This document shows, piece by piece, positions 47,011 through 55,596 of a DNA stretch of 64,000 nucleotides. The stretch is from a virus (lineage: Duplodnaviria; Caudoviricetes): IMG/VR virus record IMGVR_UViG_3300027805_000006; one strand, given 5' to 3'. Numbering within the stretch: the stretch's first letter is position 1; each line of letters opens with the position of its first letter. The notes beneath the pieces were generated by a model. The model did no database searches. It saw only the letters and a list, made by a program, of their open reading frames with translations, and had not been told where the DNA came from. The translations under genes were made by a program, and so were the position numbers.

Positions 47011-47829
47011 TCACTTATTTTCATCTAAAACACAAAGATGATTTAGTATATTTATTACTTTGCTATCATTTGCAATGGTATAGCGAGGCTTAAATGTACC
47101 CAGTTGAACTGAAATATGAACAGAAGTTAGTTGATGATCCTCTACTTCTCGGTTTAAAGGATTAATTTTAGATAGTTCAATTGCTACCTTGCGGTATCGT
47201 GAAACGTTTGATGGGCAAAGATAGTTGGCATTGGTATCTACGATTGCGGCTGCAAACTTGCGTGCCAACTGCTTATCAAGTGAAACAATCAGGTGTGAAA
47301 CAATAACACTTGGGGAACTTGACTTGCCAACCTCTGGAGAAACAATTAGACGTATGTTAAGACACATTGTTGTAAGTGCCATACCTGTCACCGGTGTTGA
47401 AATTTTCCAAGATACGCTAAGGTCACGAGAATTTGTTTTCCCGTCCGGGAGTGGGAAAACCGATTGAATTAGTTGCTCAGCAACATTTCCCTTTTCAATA
47501 TGCTTATGTAGAATAATTACTTCTCTGCCTGCGTCAATTAGTTGTTCAAGTTCAGTTGCAACTTCCTTCAAAAACCACTTTGTTCGGGTTTCAAGAGGAA
47601 TAAGTCTATTCTTTTCTAACCGCCCTCCGCCGCGCGGTACTATTTCTCCGCCGTGCCAGATTGCTTTCTTGTTGTTTGGATATGGTTGCATCTGAAAGAA
47701 ATTATCAATGATGACACTTGCCTTAAAGGTCAAGTCATACTTCTTAGCTGCGAGAGTCTTAAAGTACTGAAGAAAGCGATTGCCCTCAAGAAGAGGTGCT
47801 TCTTTGTCAGTGAGTGTTTTTGCTAGCAT
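47011..47829 (-). CDS. Hypothetical protein
   Basis: 272-aa ORF with AGGGTGA SD-like sequence; no recognised motif. Confidence 0.7.
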   Translation of the reverse strand: MLAKTLTDKEAPLLEGNRFLQYFKTLAAKKYDLTFKASVIIDNFFQMQPYPNNKKAIWHGGEIVPRGGGRLEKNRLIPLETRTKWFLKEVATELEQLIDAGREVIILHKHIEKGNVAEQLIQSVFPLPDGKTNSRDLSVSWKISTPVTGMALTTMCLNIRLIVSPEVGKSSSPSVIVSHLIVSLDKQLARKFAAAIVDTNANYLCPSNVSRYRKVAIELSKINPLNREVEDHQLTSVHISVQLGTFKPRYTIANDSKVINILNHLCVLDENK

Positions 47830-47844
47830 ATCACCCTTCTAAGC

Positions 47845-47872
47845 AAGTACTGGGCCATTTGGCCCAGTACTT
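47845..47872. terminator. 12-bp perfect hairpin AAGTACTGGGCC-ATTT-GGCCCAGTACTT
   Basis: Just downstream of the lipoprotein gene; weak U-tract. Confidence 0.55.
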
Positions 47873-47886
47873 TATTCATTTAGTTA

Positions 47887-49401
47887 TTAACCTCCAACCA
47901 CCACCAGTTCGGTAACCTTTCGATCACCCGTCTTGATGGTGCCGTGATCAACAACATTACCAGTATCAAAGTTCAACTCAATGATCTTGGTATCGCTGTT
48001 CGCAGTAGAGACTGCTCCCCAAAGCATTGCCTTGTCCTTGAACATTTCAAACTTGCGGCCAGCACTAAAGAAGTATCCAATGCTGTCAGTATTGAAGTGC
48101 TTCATGGTGTTGGTAGCAACGTTCAGGCGGGAGAAGATGTTGCCAGAACCATTTACACAGAAGGCGTTTTCTCCTTCGAGGCGGGCGTATGTAGCACCTT
48201 CAGCAACTGCAACTGAAGCACTGGCACTTTCGCCGGGTCGGGTAAGAAGATTGTAGGCACCAGTGGTGGTGTTCCAAACCAGGCAACGATCAGACATTAC
48301 CCACTCCCCAAACCGGCCACGAACACCGTAGGAACCAGGAACGCGAAGTTGCGCAGGTGTCCATTCAGTGTAGGAGTTGGTGCTGAGGTTAAGTTGGCGC
48401 ATATACTGCGAGTATTCAAGCCATACAAAATTGCCTGCGGCATCAAGCATAACACCAGAACCGGGGTACTTTGAAGCAGGAATTTCAGGGCTACCCATCG
48501 CGGTGCTGATGATCTTGAATGCCTTCGAGTTTGCGTCGAGTGCCAGCACTACATCTGAACGCTGGGTAGAGGTAGCAACCAACCAATTTCCATTGTAGGC
48601 GAGGAAGCCAACGCCTGTCTTGATTGGGAGGCTTTCCTCAGTTAGCGTCTTGAGAGTAACCTTGCCATCATCAGCCACGGCAAGCGTGCGTACATGGCCA
48701 GACTTGAAGACTAGAACTGCAGTATCAGAACTGTTGAATGCTTGATCGCCTGCTTCAAGCACGTGGGAAATCTGATCCCCATCCACTTGGACTTCTACAG
48801 TTGCGCCGGATGAAGTAATGACATACATAGCATCCTTGTACGTAACCGTGCAGTTAGCATTAATGACAGAAGGAACCGTCAACTTGCCCAGCATGTGGCC
48901 CTTACCAGGATGCACGTCCCACAGACGGTGAATTCGTGCTTCAGCAGTTGAAGTATCACAGTGGGTAATCAAAGCGCCATTTGCATCACGAAGGTCAAGA
49001 TTTAGCGTAACCAACTTGCCGCCTTGAATCTTGTTGGTAAAACCAAAGTTCGAGCCAGGATTGACCTTTACTGAGGTGTTGGCATATGCCGTACCTGCAA
49101 AAGTGCTGGTGGCATCAAACATAAAGCGCTTCAGGAAACTATCCAGGAAGCCGACAACAGTGGATGAAGTAGCAGTCTGGGCAAGAACGTCATTCGTCTT
49201 GATGTCCATACCAACCAGACTGACATTGACTGCAGTAGGAGAAGGGGCGGCGGCGGTAGCAGGAGGAGTGCTAGTGCCACCTGAAGTGCCACCTGAAGAA
49301 GTTGCGGGTGCAGGGGCAGATCCACCACCACCGCCACAGGCAGAAAGGATGGCAACTGACATTGCAGCCAGAGCAAAACGAGCGGTGCGAGAAGTCTTCA
49401 T
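47887..49401 (-). CDS. Large lipoprotein (504 aa), probably outer-membrane anchored and beta-rich
   Basis: Signal MKTSRTARFALAAMSVAILSA|C lipobox, followed by a GGGGGS/PT-rich linker. Confidence 0.85.
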   Translation of the reverse strand: MKTSRTARFALAAMSVAILSACGGGGGSAPAPATSSGGTSGGTSTPPATAAAPSPTAVNVSLVGMDIKTNDVLAQTATSSTVVGFLDSFLKRFMFDATSTFAGTAYANTSVKVNPGSNFGFTNKIQGGKLVTLNLDLRDANGALITHCDTSTAEARIHRLWDVHPGKGHMLGKLTVPSVINANCTVTYKDAMYVITSSGATVEVQVDGDQISHVLEAGDQAFNSSDTAVLVFKSGHVRTLAVADDGKVTLKTLTEESLPIKTGVGFLAYNGNWLVATSTQRSDVVLALDANSKAFKIISTAMGSPEIPASKYPGSGVMLDAAGNFVWLEYSQYMRQLNLSTNSYTEWTPAQLRVPGSYGVRGRFGEWVMSDRCLVWNTTTGAYNLLTRPGESASASVAVAEGATYARLEGENAFCVNGSGNIFSRLNVATNTMKHFNTDSIGYFFSAGRKFEMFKDKAMLWGAVSTANSDTKIIELNFDTGNVVDHGTIKTGDRKVTELVVVGG

Positions 49402-49558
49402 TTGGTATTTCTCCAGTTTTCCAGTTTTTCCTGAGGGATTACCCCTCCTGTGATTGCTGCAGACCCGCTGCAGCGACGGTAAAGATATTATAACCTGAAT
49501 TCAGAAAAAGAACATCATTGAATTGTAACTGTTTCATTGGTGTAACAAGTTTCTTGTA

Positions 49559-49882
49559 TCAGGCGGTGTTAAGGGTGGCACCGATGGTCTTGGTTATTTC
49601 ACGCTCACGGGCGTGGGCTTCAGCCTTTCCACGTACTTTCTCGAGGACCTCAGTCGAGAATGCCTCTGGTCCAAAGGTACGAATGGCTTCACACAGTTTC
49701 CAGCCTTTGTTATGCCGAAGGGCTCGGGTTACGTGCCTTTGCCAGCGACCTTCGACTGCCTTCTTCGGGGTATTCCCGGCACAGACGGTCAAACCAATGT
49801 AGATTTCATCTGTTGGAATGCAGGTAACTTGGTAGATAACGTGCATTCTGTCTGACCGGAGTTTTCTCTTTGTCTGTCGCAT
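49559..49882 (-). CDS. Small GIY-YIG domain protein (start revised to MRQTKRK)
   Basis: VIYQVTC...IYIGLT...RWQRH. The -10 box at 49889-94 lies upstream of the ATG at 49882. Confidence 0.75.
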   Translation of the reverse strand: MRQTKRKLRSDRMHVIYQVTCIPTDEIYIGLTVCAGNTPKKAVEGRWQRHVTRALRHNKGWKLCEAIRTFGPEAFSTEVLEKVRGKAEAHAREREITKTIGATLNTA

Positions 49883-49888
49883 GAATGC

Positions 49889-49949
49889 ATTATACATCAA
49901 CCTGGGGGAAGATGTAAGAAAGATTGTAACAATCCTTAGATTGTTACAA
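49889..49949 (-). promoter_or_regulatory. Sigma70-like promoter (TTACAT-17-TATAAT) with upstream palindrome TTGTAACAAT-N6-ATTGTTACAA
   Basis: -10 at 49894-89, -35 at 49917-12, inverted repeat at 49924-49949. Confidence 0.7.
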
Positions 49950-49971
49950 CCAAAAGTAATAAATTTGTAAT

Positions 49972-50304
49972 TTACTCGGGGGTATCTTGACCTTCAGCAA
50001 CTTGCTTGACCATAATTTCGGCTTCAAGCATGAGTTTATCCATTGCTGATTTGTATTCCTTGGTCATTTTGCCAATCTTGTCAAAGACGGTGAGACCTTC
50101 TTTATCCTTGACAGTATCCAACTTCATTGCACCAGTCTTCTTCGCAAGTTTAGTAAGTGCTTCAACCTTATCTTCAAGGTCTGCAAGGCTGTCATTGACA
50201 ACAGAAAGAATTCCATCAAAATCAGAAGATGCTGACTTTGCTTCAGCAATATCCTGCTGACTGTTAGATGTGATTGCAGTGAGGTCTGCAAGTGCTTGAA
50301 ACAT
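49972..50304 (-). CDS. Hypothetical helical protein
   Basis: Perfect TATAAATA at 50330-37 and AGGAG SD. Confidence 0.75.
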   Translation of the reverse strand: MFQALADLTAITSNSQQDIAEAKSASSDFDGILSVVNDSLADLEDKVEALTKLAKKTGAMKLDTVKDKEGLTVFDKIGKMTKEYKSAMDKLMLEAEIMVKQVAEGQDTPE

Positions 50305-50332
50305 TTTTGTGCTCCTAGTTGCTTAGGGATAT

Positions 50333-51034
50333 TTATAAGGCGCTGTCTGGGCGCTTCAACTTCATGCTAGCGAATTCTGTGGTAAGTTGCTGCTGAGCGT
50401 CTTTTAATTTCCCAGAAACATTCATCAGTAATTGGAAAACTGCTAGAATTGCCTCGCGCTGCTTCATTGCGGGGGTCTTTGAAATTGCAGAAAGAAGATT
50501 TGACAAAGAGACGGGTATGTCAATTTTTGGAAGACCATCGCCACATTTCACCATACCAGTGATGTGCTTTCCATGTGCCTTTGCAAATTCACGTACAGAG
50601 ATGGTGCTAAGGTCGTATAAGTTACCCCTGATTGCGGCTTCAACGTCGCTGTCTGAAAGCACCGCTTCATTCTTTGCTTGTGCTCTTCTTATAAAAGCCC
50701 TTGCTACATGCTCAAGGCTCTTTGACAAATTCAAAAGACCTATCGTAATTGCTACTGCTTCTGCCTTATCAGATGGAATGAAACTCTTGGTGTTTGCTGG
50801 TGATTCTGGAGATGCAAGTAGTTTTTGCAGAAGGACAGACATAAGGCTGCATAGGTCATTTTGCTGCTCTGGACTAAGTTTCTTCCAGCAGCGCTTTGCT
50901 TGCTTTTCTACTGTTTCAAGAGGAGATGCCCATCCTTTTCTTACGCCAGAAACTATTGACTTTACTTCAAGGTCGTCGCCTTGAGATAAGTCTTCACCCA
51001 GCAGCAGTTGAATAGTGCGAAATTGTGTACTCAT
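50333..51034 (-). CDS. Hypothetical protein, paralog of 51031
   Basis: Shared HG....K....KI.I..S.S..S and A.F..LMN.S motifs. Confidence 0.7.
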   Translation of the reverse strand: MSTQFRTIQLLLGEDLSQGDDLEVKSIVSGVRKGWASPLETVEKQAKRCWKKLSPEQQNDLCSLMSVLLQKLLASPESPANTKSFIPSDKAEAVAITIGLLNLSKSLEHVARAFIRRAQAKNEAVLSDSDVEAAIRGNLYDLSTISVREFAKAHGKHITGMVKCGDGLPKIDIPVSLSNLLSAISKTPAMKQREAILAVFQLLMNVSGKLKDAQQQLTTEFASMKLKRPDSAL

Positions 51035-51750
51035 TCTGGTAAGGTCATTTTTAAGAAGCGTTTTTGAAGTCTAATGAACCCATCATGCATATTGACAGAG
51101 AAATTCATAAGAATATAAAATGCAGCAATGATAAATGCGCGCCTTTCAGCCTCAGGGTGTTTACCTGCTGTTGAAATAATGGAAGATACAGTAGAAGATA
51201 TGTTTATCTTAGTTGGTCCAGTAGTATATTTGATGTTCTTAACAACATCAGCACCATGCTTTAAAATAAACTGACTTACTTCTGGGCTAATGCTTAATGA
51301 TAGCAATTTTCCTGCCATTGCTTTTTTTGAAACTGCATTGGCTTGCGATAAATCAGTTGAACTTAGAGCAGTACGAAATTTAGTGCTTGCCTCTTTAATT
51401 ACGTAGGCAGCGGCATGAGATGCTTGCTTTGAAAGAGCCATCGCGTGTCCCAAAACTGCACTTGCTTCTTTTTTGCTAGAAGGTGTAAAAGAAGCAACAT
51501 TGAGATGTGCACTAATGTCTGAAAGAATCTTACGCATGTTCACAAACATTTCACGCTCACTCTCATTGGCTTCCTTAGGCTCCAACTGATTTGCAACTTT
51601 GTCGTATTCTTTAGAAATGGTAGATGTATCTTTACTCCAATTCCAATTGTAGAAGATAGAACTAGCAATTTTTGAAACACCGAAGAACAGGTCGTCCTCT
51701 TCAGGTCCTTCATATAGAAGTTTTTGGATGACTGGAAATTTTTGGTTCAT
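51031..51750 (-). CDS. Hypothetical protein, paralog of 50333
   Basis: Same motifs as 50333; TAAATA at 51829-34 upstream. Confidence 0.7.
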   Translation of the reverse strand: MNQKFPVIQKLLYEGPEEDDLFFGVSKIASSIFYNWNWSKDTSTISKEYDKVANQLEPKEANESEREMFVNMRKILSDISAHLNVASFTPSSKKEASAVLGHAMALSKQASHAAAYVIKEASTKFRTALSSTDLSQANAVSKKAMAGKLLSLSISPEVSQFILKHGADVVKNIKYTTGPTKINISSTVSSIISTAGKHPEAERRAFIIAAFYILMNFSVNMHDGFIRLQKRFLKMTLPE

Positions 51751-51847
51751 TTCTAAAGCCTTTCAAGATTACATCTAACCTGTGTTAATACATAACTAGA
51801 TATGTTTCAACTTATAAATTTCTCTGTATATTTATGTCAAACAAGCA

Positions 51848-51876
51848 AAGAAAAAGGGAACTTAATAAGTTCCCTT
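51848..51876 (-). terminator. Intrinsic terminator AAGGGAACTT-ATT-AAGTTCCCTT followed by TTTCTTT
   Basis: 10-bp stem plus U-tract on the minus strand, after the HD gene. Confidence 0.75.
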
Positions 51877-51919
51877 CTGCGAGCGCTATTTGTGCGCTAA
51901 TGCTATAATTCCGCCGCCT

Positions 51920-52609
51920 CTACTGCTTTAAGCAGTAGAAGTAGTTTAAGAAGTCATCATATACCTTGATTGGTTCTCTTGGTTCTTCAAAAAGTTGAAG
52001 AGTTGTCATATCAAGTTTGATTGTTCGTGACCAGTTTGAGCCTCGACTTTTTATCAGGTGATAGGCTTCGATGGTCAGGGCTACCTGGTCAGCCCACTTT
52101 ATGAAAAGTTCATAGACCGGCTTTTGATCCGGCATATTAAAACTGCTTCTGATGGCTGTCATCATCTTATCTTCAAGTTGAAGATAGACATTCCTGAAGG
52201 CTTCAGCCATCTTAAGAGGTGTTGGAACATCTACAATGTAGGCTTCAGTAGCATCGTGAAGCAGTGTTTCGAGCAGAAGGTCATTTGGGCAGTGCTTCTT
52301 GAGAAGCGAGTATGCTTCTTCCTGAAGGCTATCATTTGCCCGCTGTGTTATGAACTGGTCAAATGAGGTTTTAAGCCCCTGAGGGGAGACCTTTGCTTCT
52401 GTTGTTGGCAGAAATAGTTTTGTAACTAAGTCTGCCGTGTAGATTGAATGCTGACCAATCGTGTAGGGAATGGCTGATACTGTATGACCGACATACCTTG
52501 GCATTCGACTTATTGCCCAGGCAATATCCTCGATGCAAATAGTTTTTGGGTCTGGATTTACCAAATCAACGAAGTACCCAGATACAGTTTCAATTGCGGT
52601 TGCTGACAT
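51920..52609 (-). CDS. HD-domain phosphohydrolase (YfbR-like deoxynucleotidase family)
   Basis: IEDIAWAIS..PRY.GH...YTIGQHS...LLHDATEAYI.D.PTPLK...AD..AL..E. Confidence 0.85.
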   Translation of the reverse strand: MSATAIETVSGYFVDLVNPDPKTICIEDIAWAISRMPRYVGHTVSAIPYTIGQHSIYTADLVTKLFLPTTEAKVSPQGLKTSFDQFITQRANDSLQEEAYSLLKKHCPNDLLLETLLHDATEAYIVDVPTPLKMAEAFRNVYLQLEDKMMTAIRSSFNMPDQKPVYELFIKWADQVALTIEAYHLIKSRGSNWSRTIKLDMTTLQLFEEPREPIKVYDDFLNYFYCLKQ

Positions 52610-53144
52610 TTTTGATTGCTAGAAAACGAATATCTGTTTTGGCACTTTCACGTGAAGAAGACTTTGAATAGATCGGGAGATCACTTTCAATTGCATCTTC
52701 TTCAACGCTATACTCTACTAAACTAACGCTGGAAAGATTTTTAAAGTCTTGTGCCCAAACGTTGAAAAGTTTCTTCTTTAGAAAGTTTTTCCAAAGTGCC
52801 TGTGAATATTGAGTGTGCAGATTTCCAGAGGCAAGCAGGATGCCATCATCATTAATTGCTGCCTTGTAAAGTTGCTTTGCTAGACCTTTTCCACGATGCT
52901 CGGGGAAAGTCCAAATTTGATAGACTTCCCAAGCCTTCCAGTTTGGCTTTCGATAAAGATATAGCCAAGAAATTGGCTCTTTGTTTTCATCAAGAACGAA
53001 ATAGATCTTATAACTCTTTCCCGAGTTTATAAGTTGAACTTTATTCTTTAACTTGATTGATTTTAACCGTTTAATTCGGTTGCAAACATAATGGTACATT
53101 GACGTCCAATGAGGACGAGTAACTGCATTTCTTAATACTAGCAT
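52590..53144 (-). CDS. GNAT-family acetyltransferase-like protein
   Basis: IWTFPEHRGKGLAKQLY acetyl-CoA motif A. Confidence 0.75.
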   Translation of the reverse strand: MLVLRNAVTRPHWTSMYHYVCNRIKRLKSIKLKNKVQLINSGKSYKIYFVLDENKEPISWLYLYRKPNWKAWEVYQIWTFPEHRGKGLAKQLYKAAINDDGILLASGNLHTQYSQALWKNFLKKKLFNVWAQDFKNLSSVSLVEYSVEEDAIESDLPIYSKSSSRESAKTDIRFLAIKNVSNRN

Positions 53145-53152
53145 TTCTCAAT

Positions 53153-53173
53153 GGGAGGGGATTATCCCCTCCC
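53153..53173. terminator. Hairpin GGGAGGGGA-TTA-TCCCCTCCC after hsp20
   Basis: 9-bp perfect stem; no U-tract. Confidence 0.45.
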
Positions 53174-53187
53174 GTGTGTTTAAAGCC

Positions 53188-53634
53188 TTACTTGACTGAA
53201 ATCAGAAGAGGCTTATCCTCTTCACGTTCAACCACCTCAAGCGCAATAGACAAAAGCCCATCTTGCATTTCTGCTGATTTTACCACAACATTGTCTGCTA
53301 CAGTAAAGTTTCGGATGAATGAGCGCTTCGCAATTCCAATTCTTACGAGTTCACGACCATCAGGCTGCGGATAGTCTTCTTGACTACCTTCGGAAGAAAT
53401 TGATAGAACATTATTCTTACGATCATGGGAGATCTTAATGTCTTCCTTTCGATAACCTGCAAGAGCTATTTCGATGGTATATCCATCCTTTTCCTTGAAT
53501 AGGTTAAATGGAGGAAATCCATTTACTTGGTGCGTGGAATGGTTGGTTTCAAGCAGCCTTTCAATATCGCTGAAAAGGCGGTCAAAACCTAGGAAAGAAG
53601 TTTCAAGGGGCTTGTAAAAAGCAACACGGTTCAT
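53188..53634 (-). CDS. Small heat-shock protein Hsp20 (IbpA-like; start revised to MNRVAF)
   Basis: FLGFDRLF, FPPFNL, IEIALAGY, GIAKRSF.R.F, A.M.DGLL.I.L. Confidence 0.92.
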   Translation of the reverse strand: MNRVAFYKPLETSFLGFDRLFSDIERLLETNHSTHQVNGFPPFNLFKEKDGYTIEIALAGYRKEDIKISHDRKNNVLSISSEGSQEDYPQPDGRELVRIGIAKRSFIRNFTVADNVVVKSAEMQDGLLSIALEVVEREEDKPLLISVK

Positions 53635-53717
53635 AGTCATCTCCTTCAATAGAAGCAAGTTGATAAAAAGGGTTCCTAACGGCAACCCACTAAATTGAAG
53701 ACCCGTATGGCATCTTC
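53635..53717 (-). promoter_or_regulatory. ROSE-like RNA thermometer in the hsp20 5' UTR
   Basis: Hairpin I GAAGATGCC-ATAC-GGGTCTTC, hairpin II GGGTTGCC-GTTA-GGAACCC, hairpin III CTTGCTTCTATTGAAGGAG with the UUGCU motif opposite the AGGA SD. Confidence 0.7.
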
Positions 53718-53729
53718 AAATCTTATATA

Positions 53730-53933
53730 TTAATTTTCAGAAAATTCCTGCATCCACTTTTCAGGATATTCACCAGTATCAATAAACTTTACCTCTTCTT
53801 CTGTGAGGTCTGGGGCAAGTTTGGCTAAGTCTGCTCCCATGTTCCATGCAGCGAGTTGCTGCCGAGTCACGGCTATTTCCCGTGCATTTATGCTACCAGT
53901 TTTTAAGCAGCGTCTAATAACTTTCATGAGCAT
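53730..53933 (-). CDS. Conserved-type small phage protein
   Basis: R....TG......VT..QL..W..G.....P.LT.EE..FI.TG...E.W pattern, recalled from phage proteins. Confidence 0.65.
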   Translation of the reverse strand: MLMKVIRRCLKTGSINAREIAVTRQQLAAWNMGADLAKLAPDLTEEEVKFIDTGEYPEKWMQEFSEN

Positions 53934-53939
53934 CTTTCA

Positions 53940-54356
53940 TCAATTTCTACGACGAGTCGCACCGCTTTGGATATCCTTTAACGCTTCTTCAGTAATAAGT
54001 TGCGACCCACCTTTATTATATAGCGGCGCCGATATGAACTTACGATCTCGTGCCCGCAATTCGCGCTCAAGCATCTCAGGATTTTCACGATAGGTATGTT
54101 CAGGTCTAATAACAGACTTTGTACCACCGCCCTTGAATGCATCAAATGATTTCTTGATAAATGCACTTGATACCCCTGCCGAAGATGTTGTCTTTTCAGG
54201 CGCCTTCACTACTTTGGTACGATTCTTGCTGCTAAAATTGGTACTCATGGAGTTTATATTATTAAGCCACTGCTGATATTCTTGTGCCTTCTTTTGCCAA
54301 CCTGGCTTGTTCTTTGTTTTAGAGCGTTGATGTGTGTAAATGATAGCCATATTCAC
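53940..54356 (-). CDS. Hypothetical basic phage protein
   Basis: APLYNKGG motif, GAGGTG SD and an upstream promoter. Confidence 0.7.
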   Translation of the reverse strand: MNMAIIYTHQRSKTKNKPGWQKKAQEYQQWLNNINSMSTNFSSKNRTKVVKAPEKTTSSAGVSSAFIKKSFDAFKGGGTKSVIRPEHTYRENPEMLERELRARDRKFISAPLYNKGGSQLITEEALKDIQSGATRRRN

Positions 54357-54368
54357 CTCGTAGATGAA

Positions 54369-54397
54369 ATAATAACCTTTTTAGGCTCGAGAGTACA
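54369..54397 (-). promoter_or_regulatory. Sigma70-like promoter TGTACT-17-TATTAT
   Basis: Same GTGTAC -35 variant as at 57570 and 59899. Confidence 0.55.
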
Positions 54398-54500
54398 CCG
54401 TCAAATACAGGTTAGATGTATGGATTGTTCTTCTTAACAATCTTCCAGAAGCAAAAAAACACTGCTGGAAGTAAAACTAGAATAAACAGAAAAAATGCAA

Positions 54501-55538
54501 TCATCTAATTATTAGATATGCTATTACAAGAACACACAATACTTCAGCCAGAAAGTAGATAAACTTCTTATTTTTTACGGCAGTATCAAATAATGTATTT
54601 TGCACCGGCTCAGGCTCTTCAGGTGGTGGAGATACGTCATCACTTATCTGTGCGGGAGCAGTGGATGGTGCAGACCATGTTCCAGGCGCAGGTGCTTCTG
54701 TTAGAGTACCTGCGTTAAACCCCCATGGCTTCAAGAATGATTGGTCATATAGTGAAGGATGTCCATCAAGTTGAGGACGCTGTGTAAAACCGTTCGCAGC
54801 CATAAACTTATTCATATATGTTGCAACATCACGATAAGAAGAAAGACCAAGAGATAGGGACTTTAACAGTGAATATGTAGCGGCGCCCTGAAACTGGTTA
54901 TTAATGAATGCATCTGCTGATGTTTGGTGTGACTGGCAACCAGAGATTAGAAGAGCAGAACGATTTACGTCGCGTGATGTCTTAAATTCTCTGACTTGCA
55001 GTTTATTTTCTGTAATTTCAGTTTGGATGTATTCTGGCATTGGAAGAAATCGATTTCCCTGCTTTTGACTAGATTCAACAAGCGGCGCAGTAATTTCACG
55101 CGTTAACTCAAGAGAATCTTCTTGATCTAGTGCATTTCCGGAGTGGCAGCAATCTAGGACAACTGTAACGTTTACTCCATTTGGCACTTTATTAAATACC
55201 TGCTTCATGTAATCGTCTGTCACTACATTATCACGCCAATCTAAGTCAATAGGACAGATAATTTCGTCCAGACCGTCTGGCTCTACTGTTGAGCGCATTT
55301 GGGATCCATGACCAGAGAAGTGGAAAAAAATAACATCTCCCGGAATAGCACCTGTTACGAGCCATTCAAGACCCCTCTTGATTCCAGCAGCAGTTGCATC
55401 CTTTTCTAGGATGACTTTAATTTCATCAAAACCTTCTTTTGATAGAAGATTTTGTACATTATTCACGTCATTTATGCAACCACGCAGATCATTTCCAGTG
55501 CCTGCATAGTTTATTCCAACCAAAAGTGCCTTTTTCAT
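54501..55538 (-). CDS. Metacaspase (Peptidase C14) with C-terminal transmembrane anchor
   Basis: KKALLVGINY...LRGCIND, FHFSGHG (His), LDCCHSG (Cys), SGCQSHQTSAD, PQL. Ends FIYFLAEVLCVLVIAYLIIR. Confidence 0.92.
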   Translation of the reverse strand: MKKALLVGINYAGTGNDLRGCINDVNNVQNLLSKEGFDEIKVILEKDATAAGIKRGLEWLVTGAIPGDVIFFHFSGHGSQMRSTVEPDGLDEIICPIDLDWRDNVVTDDYMKQVFNKVPNGVNVTVVLDCCHSGNALDQEDSLELTREITAPLVESSQKQGNRFLPMPEYIQTEITENKLQVREFKTSRDVNRSALLISGCQSHQTSADAFINNQFQGAATYSLLKSLSLGLSSYRDVATYMNKFMAANGFTQRPQLDGHPSLYDQSFLKPWGFNAGTLTEAPAPGTWSAPSTAPAQISDDVSPPPEEPEPVQNTLFDTAVKNKKFIYFLAEVLCVLVIAYLIIR

Positions 55539-55540
55539 TT

Positions 55541-55596
55541 TCTGTCTCCAGCATATTCAACCTGCTTTATTTACAGGTTGAGTGACCGGAGACAGA
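55541..55596 (-). promoter_or_regulatory. RBS-occluding nested hairpin with late promoter TAAATA in its loop (metacaspase leader)
   Basis: TCTGTCTCC/GGAGACAGA outer stem (9 bp, covers SD GGAG), TCAACCTG/CAGGTTGA inner stem (8 bp), loop TAAATAAAG. Confidence 0.8.

Noticed and set aside
51920-52609. DatZ / 2-aminoadenine (Z-genome) system
   Set aside because: The HD protein fits the general YfbR-like family, and no purZ or mazZ is visible in this window.
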